In this document: positions 24,901-39,133 of the stretch, piece by piece | How the letters are laid out: each line of letters opens with the position of its first letter | Position numbering within the stretch: the first letter of the stretch is position 1 | Assembly: GCF_000315625.1 (NCBI RefSeq) | Contig: NW_005434462.1 | Coordinates: forward strand, 1 to 51,350 | DNA: 51,350 bases | Direction of reading: 5' to 3' | DNA from: Guillardia theta CCMP2712 | Taxonomy: Eukaryota > Protista > Cryptophyta | Position numbers and translations under genes: made by a program | The notes under the pieces: model-generated | Told to the model about the DNA's origin: nothing | Databases searched by the model: none | What the model saw: only the letters and a program-made list of their open reading frames with translations

Positions 24901-25780
24901 CAAACACACACAAAACACAAGCCCGAAAAGGGTTTTGCTTGAGGCACTTTTTACCTTCTGCCAGTAAATCCTATCTCCTCCGTTTAGGACAGCGGGGTGT
25001 AGACCCTCAGAGGGCGTGAACTCGTCCCCTCCCCGACTATGCGGAAGCTCCCGCTTGAACCTCGCAAACTCTAGCAGGTCGGGGTGCGCGGCGACTCCCG
25101 GGTCACGGTACTGCGAGTTTGGCCAGCGTTGGTGCTTCTCGAGGGCGGAGGCCCGATGGACAGAGGGGTCCGAGTCAAGGCGAGAGTACGGTAGGATTTA
25201 CTGGCAGAAGGTAAAAACACAAAACACAAGCCCGAAAAGAACCAGCACTGCTGGCAACCGTCAGCAGACCCGGCATCGCCAGCCCACACGCGAAGCCGCG
25301 CAGACAAGCAGCCTAAGGGTCAGGCAATCAAGCAACAAGCAGCAGGAGCATGCAGGAGGAATAACATCCCTTACCCGGAAGCAGCCGACTGACCACTGTC
25401 AGTCGAGACGTCCGCTGCCGCCACAAAGCGGGCGGCCGCGGACGGAGAAAGGGCAGCCGCCGACAAGGAGCCGGCGCTGCCCGGGGGTCCGATCCGCCTG
25501 GGGCAGCGGACGGAGGGAGGCTGGACACAGGAACACGGTACCGCTCGAGGTAGTCCTCCTCGCTAGCCTAAACCTGCATGCACACACCGCGGCGCCACAG
25601 CGACACTTAGATAGGGATTTACTGGCAGAAGGTAAAAAGTGCCTCAAGCAAAACCCTTTTCGGGCTTGTGTTTTGTGTGTGATTGTGCAGCTTCTCGCTG
25701 TGCGCTGTGTGCCACTGGGAGGTTTAGCTTGTTCCTGCTTTATTTTGCTTGAGGCACTTTTTACCTTCTGCCAGTAAATC
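21913..25780. mobile_element. Nest of rearranged 3' fragments of one non-LTR retrotransposon with a restriction-like endonuclease (possibly CRE-like), in both orientations
   Basis: RLE-domain peptide at 21975-22695 (+) with an inverted copy at about 23972-24460. The 3' tail occurs at 23376-23954, 24462-24853 and 25218-25568. The terminal core CAGTAAATCC/GGATTTACTG occurs 11 times. Confidence 0.85.
21975..22695 (+). pseudogene. 5'-truncated non-LTR ORF remnant: zinc-knuckle end + RLE endonuclease domain
   Basis: DCVAAHHLQTCKRRSSKLPTAHDNL...KMKGDIHIP...LMADVTLVHP...ASEKIRKH...FIPLAISTDGTLHP matches the CCHC / (R)HD / (P)D / DVT / K..K / F.PL...G motif order of R2-group RLE domains. No RT domain is visible. 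Confidence 0.8.
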
Positions 25781-26473
25781 CATTTCTGCCAAACTGAAAC
25801 CGATGACAATTGGCCGCCGCCGGAGACCAATTGTGACTTTTCCAAGTCAGTTCGGAGACAGAGATGAATGTTGCTGTTGAGCCAACTTGATGGACTCTCA
25901 ACAGCAGAAGGGAGATGGCAGTGCACAGAACTGCGGACTCGGGAACGAATCAGCCTCTGAAGAAAGAGTGGGGCTGGCAAGAAGAGACCCGCAGGCCGGG
26001 CTCAGAACACCGAACATTAATTCCAAGTGGAGATATTTCATCATGCAGGCGGCCTTGTTGTACTGGCAATGTGCTCAGTCACTTCGCCGGAGCCTCGGAG
26101 GTCCGAGGCCTATACGAAAGCGGTCAGCCTCGGCCTATACGAAAGCGGTCAGCCGGATGCCAGGTTACCAAAGTTCACTTAGTCAGCAGCCGCAGTTACG
26201 GCCCACGGAGCCTCCGGGCCGTCGGGCAAGAAGCTAAGCTGACTCTTTACCACACAATCCCTGCAGTGATGACCATTATTGATCGACTGCTAAAATACTT
26301 GTATACGATGGTTCTATTCAGTGACCCCCCTCTCGTGACACTGCCCCGTTTGTTCCTGACCACTCCTCGACCTGTCGCCGTCGCTCAGCCCATCATCACA
26401 GCTTGGGTCAACATCACTATCACCTTCTCTATCAGCTATCAAGCCCTCCACGCCCTCCTCCCTTGGTATTGCC

Positions 26474-26968
26474 ATGCACTCCCTCTCTCAGGAAGAGAAA
26501 CAGTCGCTTCAAAAAGTAGAGGAGTGGCTCAAATCCGAGCAGCAGCAAGACTTCTCCAGCCCTTCACGAATGCGGTTAAACATAGCATCTACTCATCACC
26601 TCGCCAGGATGTCTCAGCTGGTGGAGGAGGGAGATTCTGTCGCAGCTCCTTCCACTAACTTCCTTGCCGTCCTCTCTCAAGCGCACTCCGAGTCTGAAAG
26701 GTGCTTGTCCGCTCTTCTCGGTCTCCCATCGAGCTGGTCCAAGGCATGGCAAGGGGGTGGCGGGGATATGAGAGCACAAGCAGGCAGCGCACCATCGGCT
26801 CTTGGAGCCTCGTCCAGGACACTTCCCCCAGAAAGTCAATCCACAGCAGGAGCAGAGGAAGCGTTTGTAATGTTCGAGTGGGAGGCAAAGGCGATAGCTG
26901 CTTCTCGGCGTGCTCGAAGCATGGGAACCCATGCAGGGTCAACACTCCGCCGGGTCTACTCGTTGTGA
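26474..26968 (+). CDS. Hypothetical protein, 164 aa
   Basis: ATG-initiated ORF with plausible composition; no recognisable domain. Confidence 0.35.
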   Translation: MHSLSQEEKQSLQKVEEWLKSEQQQDFSSPSRMRLNIASTHHLARMSQLVEEGDSVAAPSTNFLAVLSQAHSESERCLSALLGLPSSWSKAWQGGGGDMRAQAGSAPSALGASSRTLPPESQSTAGAEEAFVMFEWEAKAIAASRRARSMGTHAGSTLRRVYSL

Positions 26969-27491
26969 GATGACGATTGGGATGAAATCTTGTATAGAAC
27001 ATAGAGAAACACAAGCGAATGTCACACCCTGAAGCCTTGCGGGTTGCAGATGTCTACAGTGATTGCTCAAGGCACCTCTGCTGGATCACACACAAAGGTG
27101 TAGTGTAGTGATGTCGAGCTTACTAGCGATGCTGGATCAGCGTGGCATACAACATGAGGAGAGAACAGACCCTTCTAGCTGAAGACGCTGATCCTTATAT
27201 AGGCTAAGGCAAGGACTAGGATTTTTCTCGCAACTGCTGCTCCTCCTCTTACCAGGAATGAGGAAACCACCCCTACTAAAGAGGCTCACGTGGCCACCAA
27301 GCGTCATCCTCAGAGTACATCTAGCCGTTACATGTTTTCAGTCCTTTGAGAGTCGTTTGCCTGACTCTGTTGACCATCAAGGCTAAGCCTAGCCTGGAGT
27401 GCTGTCCCTTAGCTTGGGTAGGTCCAATCTGAGTTGAGCTCGCTGTGCTAGGGCTTTGATAGCATATCAGCTGTAAATTCTCTTGCTCCCG

Positions 27492-28362
27492 TTATCCTAG
27501 TTCACAGCAATTGCAATCAGATATGTTGATAGCAATCACTGTCGAGAACTCAGCGAGCGATCGTCCCGGGACTTGGCGTGAAGCATACCGTACGCTCCAG
27601 AACTTCTGCAGCAAGAGGTCGTTCGCGTTCAGCAATGGCTCCCTGGGGAGGAGCTTGTTGTGGGTTGACAATGCCTGTGGGTTGATCAACCTCAGAGCTC
27701 GTGGAGAGCTCTCGTTGCTGCCAGATGGTCTTTCATAAGAGCGCATGGCTACTCCAGATGAGCAGAAGTCTGCAGGGGGAGGAGGAAGATGATGAGAAAG
27801 AGCATAGCTGCCTCCATCGCTACTTACGGGCTCGTAAAGCGCCTGACGTAAACCATGTCATGGATGCTTCCTTTCGCGTGGCCTCAAGCTCTAGCAAGTA
27901 AAGGTCAGCGAGATCGTGCAGAGACTGACAACTGACCGTCAGAGGTCTCCTGCTTCCATCCCCTTCCTCCTGTCTTGTCCGAGAGCTTGCGAACCGCCCT
28001 TTTGTGTCCTCTCCTGCCCTAAGCGTCCTGGTGCACAGCAGGGTGAGACTGGTCGAGGACAGAGGGGGGAGGCACCTCCGCTTCTTCTTCTCCTTCTCTT
28101 CACGATCAGGCGCTGCTGATCGCACCTCCACGCGAGCTTGTTGCTTATGATCGCACGTCGAGTTCCGTTGCTGGAGGAAGGAGAGCTGAGCCAGCACGCG
28201 GTCCTCGTGAGAGTCTTCATCCAGCAGGGGCACCTCGAAGTCTAGGAACCAGGGGCAGCTGGAGGTGAGGCGAGAGGAAGGCGAGACCTCCGCAAGATGG
28301 CTACCAAGAGAGATGCCCAGCAGCAGCAGCAGCAGCAGAGATTGTTTCCTCTTGGACCACAT
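27492..28362 (-). CDS. Hypothetical secreted protein, multi-exon, 3' end uncertain
   Basis: Leader MWSKRKQSLLLLLLLGISLGSHLA; ORF segments separated by GT-AG introns. Confidence 0.5.
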
Positions 28363-28615
28363 GACCCTCTCCTCTTCTGCCCTCCTTATCTCCTACCTGC
28401 TCCTCTTCATTCAACGTTCCTCTCTCGCTTCATCCTGTCTTCTCTTGGTCTCTTTCCCTGTCCTCCGCTCGCTCACTCGTCTCCTTCTCTGCTCATCTCA
28501 TCATTCAACTTCGCCTGCTCTCCTCTGTTGCAGCCGTTGCATCTTTTCTTGCAGCGGTTATAAGCGGTTTTCTGGCGGATTTGTTATCGGGTCTTCCACA
28601 ATCGCGGTTACCAAC

Positions 28616-29526
28616 ATGGTGAAGGCGAGCAGGGGCGGGGGGCATGGGCTCGTCAGTCTCCTCGTCTCCTCGTCTCCTCGTCGACGTCCCGGGGCATCAC
28701 GCGCTCTCTCCCTCTCCTTGCTGCTGACCCTCGCCCTCCCTCCTCTCGCAGAGAGCTTCCTGACTCCTCTTCCTCGCCTTGCACCGTCTTCGTGGAGGCC
28801 ACCACCTCATGCGCTGACCCGTCCGAGCTTCTCTGCCGTGAGGAGATGGCGGATGCAGGAGAAGGGGGAGACAGAGAGACAGCTCGAGGTCTCGCCGTCT
28901 CCTCCTCTGCATGCATCTCTCTCATCTTGTCGCAGGCGAGAGTGGAGGCAGCTGTGACAAAGGCGGAGCGGTTGTGGAAGGAAGCCCTGGAAGCGCGACA
29001 ACTGGTGAGCATCTTGTAGGCCCTTGCCATATGACATGTTCTCACTTGAAGAAACTCAGGCTGATGAGATGTCCTCGCAAGCCCAAGATGCGGCTGAGCT
29101 TTCACAAGCGAGGGTAGAACACGTAAGCATGATCCCCTTGCACTAAATTGATGCAAGTCGGAAGAAGTGTCGTCCAAGTTGGAGAGCATGGACAAGATCA
29201 GGTCAAGAAGCGACGAAGAGAACGAGAGAGACAGAGGGGGGGTGGAGGGTGGAGGGTGGGGGGCAAGAGAGAAGGGTGGAGGTTGGGGGGGATGAGAGGG
29301 AAGGGAGGGAGAGCTGCTTCTGACTCGAAGATCTGCTCACAGCCTCAAGTTTCTGGCTGACTCCAAATCTGCCATCAATTCGTCTGTCGACGCAGCTGCC
29401 CTGCTTGTGAGGCAATCATGATGGCCGCAGCAACTGATGCTCGCATGGCAGAAAGAAGCCGCAGACGAGAGTTTGAGAGCAGACAAGCTTGAGGCAGAAG
29501 CTGAGGTTTGGCTCCTTCTCCTTCCT

Positions 29527-29600
<74 letters not shown>

Positions 29601-29809
29601 CGCTTCTTTTTGCCTCGCCTCTCCCCGCCGTTCTATTGTTGCTTCGTTCTCCCTTTCACCCCTTTTTCTCTCCACCTCTTCTTCTCAGCCCCTCTGGTCT
29701 TGTCAATCTGTTTTCCTCTCCTTCAACGCCTCTAATGTGCTCGCAGGAAGCGCTCCGTCTCTCTGAGCAGCTCATAGAAGAGTATGAAGCCAAGTACGGA
29801 AACCTGTAG
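28616..29809 (+). CDS. Putative plastid-targeted coiled-coil protein
   Basis: Bipartite leader LSLSLLLTLALPPLAES-FLTPLPRLAPSSWR (AxA/S-F cleavage motif plus S/R/P-rich transit peptide). Helical exons ARVEAAVTKAERLWKEALEARQL ... EALRLSEQLIEEYEAKYGNL*. Confidence 0.7.
29527..29600. repeat. (CTGCTC)n hexanucleotide repeat in an intron
   Basis: About 12 visible units. Confidence 0.95.
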
Positions 29810-30695
29810 AAAACACCTGCTCGATTGATAGAACACTTCATAACCATCCAACCGATCATCTGTTCCGATGATCCGACCCGTTCCTAAGTTGCTGTACGGG
29901 CCCTAGTACTGATGGATTGTATGCAGTAGCGAAGTAGAGTGCAGGTTGATCACAGGTAGGTGATTGACTTTTGGGATAAGAGTATTTATGAAGCAGAGGA
30001 AGAGAGTTCAAGAAAGGAGCGGAGTAAGTAAAGATTAAGCAAGGAAGGAGAGAAGGAGGACGAGAGATATTAAGAGGAGAGAGAGAGAAGACAGAGAGTG
30101 AATCTAGAGGTGACCCCACACTTATATCGCTCAGTGGGCTGTACCGCCGAGTCACAGAGTGTGGGGCGGGCGGCATTCGGAGTCCGATCTGGCGGCCCCG
30201 GTGATCGGATCCATATCGTAGTATGATATGGATTAGGGTGTGATATGATATCAGTATCATATCTTGATCCATACCATGTGACTAGACGGATCCGTCTAGC
30301 CGGTCGCGGTCATTCGCAGTCACACCATACGGTAGCCTACGAGTGTCTCCGGCGTTGAAATTTCAGGTTATGAGCCTCGAGGGCGCATCCAACGGCCGTT
30401 AGGGGTCGATCAGAGATGGGATGAGGCCCGTGGTTTGAAGGTAGGGCCCTGCGACCATGGCAGGGGAGGGCGAGCAGGAGAGAGAGGACGAGGAGGAGAC
30501 AAGGAGAAGACGAGGAGAAGACGAGGAGAAGACGAGGAGAAGACGAGGAGAGTTGAGATATAGGGGAATTGAGAGACAAGGTATGGCATGGCGATTAGGA
30601 TGTGAAAGGGAAGTCACCGTTGAAGTTTTCAAGAGGGTCATAGGAGAGGGACTACAGGGACGAGGAGGTCGCGGGGGACTGATGTGACGGCAGGC

Positions 30696-31966
30696 ATGGC
30701 GTCCTCTCACCCGCCTGCTGGCTCGTTGACTTCACCGTCGCACGTGTGCTGGTGGCAGGAGACCAAGGAAGCTCGTCCCATCTACGTCCAGGCCCACCTT
30801 ATCTCTCCTCGCCTGCATCTACCTTCATCCTCCTCCTCCTCAGTGCCCAAGAGCGCGCTCAAGGTTTCTGAATGCTCCCCTGCTCCTGCCTGGCGAGCCA
30901 ACCTTCCTCGGAGCCCGCGAGAAGAGGATAGCAGCACCTTGGCGATGGCGGTGGCGATATCAGGAGGGCTGACGAGCTCGCTGGCGATGTTGGAGGACAT
31001 CATGCGGGAGACGCAGACGTCCAACGACAACTCCCGCGACATCCAGCACGCCATGGACGAGCAGCACAGGCAGCTGCTGTCCATGAAGAAGCGACTGCAG
31101 CAAGTCGCGCAGCCCCTCCTCGTCAGCAGGGCTGACGAGGAGGCGACGAGCAAGACGGCTGAGGTGCACAGCGAGCTGGGGTCGTGCAGGAGCGAGCTGG
31201 GGTCGTGCAGGAGCGAGCTCTCTCGGTGCCGACGTGACCTCACGCTCCAGCTGGCGCTCAGCGAGAGGATCAGCAAAGAGCTGGAAGACACTCAAGGGGT
31301 AGCGGAGGAGATGCGAGTGAAGCTGAGGGAGAAGGAGGAGGAGATGCGAGTGAAGCTGCAGGAGAAGGAGGAGGAGATGCGAGTGAAGCTGCAGGAGAAG
31401 GAGGAGGAGATGCGAGTGAAGCTGCAGGAGAAGGAGGAGGAGATGCGAGTGAAGCTGCAGGAGAAGGAGGAGGAGATACGAGTGAAGCTGCAGGAGAAGG
31501 AGGAGTTCCGTGAGCTGAGGCTGCGGCTGGTGGACAGCAAGGAGAACAGCAATAGCAACTTGTCGGAGAGCAAGCGAGGTAACCCTCCTCCTGACCAGCC
31601 ATCCCTACCGGCTTCTCCCTCAGCCTCCCTACCGGCTCCTCCCTCAGCCTCCCGAAGGCGCCGGGATCGGTTGCAGGATGCGACTGATGTAGCGAAGATG
31701 CGGGAGAGGTTCCGGGAGGTTTCGGCCAGTCTCGTTAGCTTGCAGAGCATACTCGACCTCCGCCTACAGAACGTGAGAGAGACTGCTGCTCTCAAGCTCC
31801 TCTCGTGCTCGCTGCTGGTTGACTCGTGAGATGCGCAGGTGGAGGACGAGCTGCGTGAGGAGTTCGCGTTCAAGCGAGGACTGCACTTCTCTCGGCGAGC
31901 GAGGAAGAAGCCGATGGAACGGAGGGAGGAGGTAGAGGAGGAGGAGGAGGGAGGAGCGCGTGTGCA

Positions 31967-31970
<4 letters not shown>
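30696..31970 (+). CDS. Coiled-coil hypothetical protein with internal tandem repeats
   Basis: ORF 30684-31829 plus a phase-0 last exon VEDELREEFAFKRG...ARVH*. The start is uncertain (30696 or 30945). Confidence 0.65.
31305..31505 (+). repeat. 33-bp coding minisatellite, six units (EEMRVKLQEKE)
   Basis: Six near-identical units of GAGGAGATGCGAGTGAAGCTGCAGGAGAAGGAG. Confidence 0.95.
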
Positions 31971-35639
<3,669 letters not shown>

Positions 35640-36048
35640 CTCCCTGAGTCAGTAGAGTCCTGACCGCTCTATGACAAACCGAGCATGTCAAGCTCTAATT
35701 CAAATTTTGAAAATTTGAAAATTCATCTGACAAGTTCAATTTTAACCCAATGTATTGCTAAACCAGGTCAAATGGTTGCCAGGCTCCTCATTATTCCGGC
35801 GGGCCGGCCGGGCGGGGCCCGGCGGAGCCTCGGAGAGTACTCAGCCTGTGACTTGGTTACCGTACGGTACTAGGGCCGAGTCGGCCCCCGGATGGCACTT
35901 GCGTTGCGCCGCGCTGCGATTCCGGGCCGCCGTGTGGCGCCACGGCGGATCGGCGCTGGCCCCGGCGTGTCCCATCATCATGGCATGCTGGCGGCGGTCT
36001 CTCGGCCTCGCCGAGTCGCGTCAGATTGAGCTTCTCAGCCTGTCGTGA

Positions 36049-36168
36049 CTGGCACCCATTCAATCGGACTCCTCATAGGCCGGGCCCCTCATCCCCGACC
36101 AACCTCGGCCGAGATTTTTACTCATCTGACCGTCACAGCTACCTGGTTTTCCTCTCCGCGGCCAATCC
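36049..36168 (+). repeat. Dispersed repeat, copy 1 (copy 2 at 38498-38603)
   Basis: Shared sequence CCCTCATCCCCGACCAACCTC.GCCG..AGATT.TTACTC.TCTGAC.GTCACAGCTA...GTTTTCCTCTCCGCGGCCAATCC. Confidence 0.85.
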
Positions 36169-36195
36169 TACCAGCCTTTGTCGGATCCGCCATTC

Positions 36196-37299
36196 ATGGT
36201 ACACGATGCTCCCACTGTCGCGTACGCACTTGTTGCCTGTGCAGCGAGCCTCTTGTACTCAGTTTGCTGTGTTTGCTGATGAGATCGCCGACTTGATTTG
36301 TTGATTGGATGTTTCCAGGAGCAAGAAGATTGTCCTCTGTCGAAGTCAAATGACCTCAGCCAACTTGACGGCGTGAGGGCACCTGTGAGTCAGGAAGATT
36401 CAGGATTGAAGTCAGAGGAAAGAGACGAGCAGAACATCGCGATCTCCTCAGAGCCCACAGCCGCCACAAACTCGGGCCAAGGCAGCAGGCCACTGCCTCG
36501 CTTTTGGATTTATGAAGATCGGGGCGAAAGGCTGGACATGGAGGATACGCATGTGGCGCAGCTTAGCTTCCACAACGACAAACACGTGTTCGGGGTTTTC
36601 GACGGACACTCTGGTGATCGCGCTGCCAAGCTGCTGAGCACAGAGATCGTAGGGATACTGACAGACCAGATCATGCAGAGGTCGGGCCCTCAAGACAGCG
36701 CATTGGGAGCCAGCCTGACAAGCAGCTTCCTTGAGGCCGAGAAGAGAGCGCTAGCACAGCCTTGGGACGATGGCAGCTCAGCAATCCTGGCAGTGATCGA
36801 TGGAGATCGTCTCTTCGTGGCGAATGCTGGAGACTGCCGGGCGATCATCTGCGGTGAGGGAGAGCCCATGCCGATGAGCACTGATCACGACCCGTCTGAG
36901 CCCCAGGAACGGAAGCGCATTAAAACCAACAATGAGGGCATTGAAAGCTATACAATCAACGGAAGGTCCATCAACCGAGTCAGAGGGCTCGCCATGTCTC
37001 GATGCATAGGCGACAGAAGTCTCAAGCAAAAGCGCGATTACGAAACAAAGACTTGGATACCCATAGATGATTGCATCATACCAGACCCTGAGATAAAGGA
37101 GCTCTTGCTCACGAAGCAGCACAAGTTTCTGGTGATTGCCAGCGACGGATTATGGGCAACCGTGACAAACGAAGCTGTGGCTCGGCGTCTCGACACCCTG
37201 ACGGAAGAAGAGAATCCGGCAGAAGAGTTGCAGAAGCTCATCGATCGACGCGAAGACAACATCACAATAGTGGTCGTTGACCTGCGAGGGCAAGCTTGA
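36196..37299 (+). CDS. PPM/PP2C family Ser/Thr protein phosphatase
   Basis: Motifs RLDMEDTH, FGVFDGHSG, DGSSA, VANAGDCRA, STDHDP, GLAMSRCIGD, FLVIASDGLW and EDNITIVVV. The short first exon at 36196 is tentative. Confidence 0.95.
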
Positions 37300-37997
37300 A
37301 TAGAGACCAGCACAGTATGGGCTGACGCCAGCCTCCCGGCGGCATATGCGACAAGATGGCACAGGTGCACGCTGCGTGGTTGCTGAGCTGTTGAAGGCGG
37401 GGAGGTTGACATGAGTTGAGTCTGGTGGTTCCCTTGGTATTCCATGAAGCTTGACTACACCCCGACCCTCTGAACTCCTTGATCTGATGCCGACACTGTC
37501 ATGGCCTGGAGTCGGACCGCCGGTAGTACTCCGGGAGCCTGACACTGAACGTCCGGGAGTCGCCAAGGCACACCTGAGGGGTGGGTCCGGATCATCACAT
37601 GAGATTTACTGAGAGATCGGAAGTTTCTAAGCCGTCCTGTAGGATCAGAAGCGGTTGGTCTCGAAAGACCCGCGGATAGTGACGCTTTCAAGAATTCCCT
37701 GAGAGAGAGAAAATGAGATGAAAGATGAGATAGGACGAGGAAGGGAGAAGAAGGGAGCAGCGAGGAGAAGGGAGGGGGAGGAATGTGGTAGTACTCTGAT
37801 GTCATCCCTGCCTGACAAGCTCGTCGGAAATTCCAAACTCGGCAATCTTAGAGCGGTTAAGGATTCTTTGAACAACAACAGGGTCCTCCTGTCAGAATGA
37901 TTGTTAGCTCCATCATGAAGCAGCGAGAGCTTCTCCTCCATTCTTAGCGTTGAAATGGTCAAAGCAATCACTTGTGCTACCACTTCACTCTCCAGCT

Positions 37998-38138
37998 TAT
38001 CATCATCATCATCATCATCATCTCCATCGTCATCATCATCATCATCACCACCGACCACCACCATCATGCTCACTGAGTCATCATCATCTCCATCATCTCC
38101 ATCATCTCCATCATCAATATTATCGGCATCGTCATCAT
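37998..38138. repeat. (CAT)n-type microsatellite
   Basis: Visible degenerate ATC run. Confidence 0.9.
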
Positions 38139-38497
38139 GGGTGATCGTCATTCTTGGGTTCGATCTAATTTGATCGCCGAAATCTCCTGCCATGCGGAAG
38201 TGTCAGCCCGGCTACCGTACGCTACACTTCCGTCGCGGTACCGGAGGTTTCTTTGCCAAACTTTGATTACCAACCCTTGTCATTGTCACTGTAGCCTCCG
38301 CGCGGCACGGGCGAGTCACCGCTCAGTGACTCCGATGATCGGTCCGCCGTCCCGGCCGCCGCGCAGCCGCACGGTCCGTCCGTTCCGCTAAGCCCTGGGC
38401 CCGGCCGTACGCCGCCGTCACCGGGTGCGGGCGGCCGGGACCGATCATCGGATCCGATGATGGGATCACCCGGTCGAGTCACTGGCCACCATCAGGG

Positions 38498-38617
38498 CTG
38501 GCACAAGTTCCATCGGATAAGACCCTCATCCCCGACCAACCTCAGCCGCGAGATTGTTACTCCTCTGACAGTCACAGCTAGTTTTCCTCTCCGCGGCCAA
38601 TCCCATGAGGAGTCCGA
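38498..38617 (+). repeat. Dispersed repeat, copy 2
   Basis: Aligns with 36049-36168. It ends in ATGAGGAGTCCGA, the reverse complement of 36064-36076. Confidence 0.85.
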
Positions 38618-39133
38618 CAGTGACTTCAACCGAGTGACTGTACCCGGCCGCGCCCGGCCCGGACGGGCCCGGCCGCCGCAGTTTTTGCCCCCGGGGGCCC
38701 GGCGGCCGGGACCCGGTCGGACCGGCGACCGTAAGCCGGGCTTGACGAGTCGTTGAACCCGGCCCGGCCGCGCGTTCCACATTCGCGCTAAAGGAGCTGG
38801 CAATGAGGGGATTGCTGCGACCCGTGAGAGCCAGAAGACTAAAAAAGAATAGAGTCCAAGATGTGCACAGTCTGTGAGACAGCAAAAATATTATCTATGA
38901 CAAATTTTACTGTCTTTACCTCCTCCTACCATACCCCTTTGTGTTACTCTTTAGCATCACCACCCCTTGAAGGTAAGTCTGTTGAGTAGGGGGTACTCTC
39001 CCTTCCTTCATGTGGTATTTGAAGGGGTAAACTACCCCCACTTTGTACCACCCCCGTCAAATTTCAAGTACCCCCTGACTCCTGACTTATTCTTTTTTTG
39101 CTGCAGCAGAAGCAAAGTGAGGGACGTATCATC

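Noticed and set aside
22700-25780. CRISPR-like array from the recurring 25-45 bp motif
   Set aside because: Spacing is irregular, orientation is mixed, the intervening sequences are repeated retroelement fragments, no cas genes are present and the context is eukaryotic.
25915-26658. 247-aa ORF
   Set aside because: Crosses a short tandem duplication and intergenic-type sequence, overlaps a more plausible ORF and has no motifs.
37645-38193. 182-aa Asp-rich ORF on the minus strand
   Set aside because: Largely a (GAT)n repeat with no recognisable domain. A small gene cannot be excluded but is unsupported.
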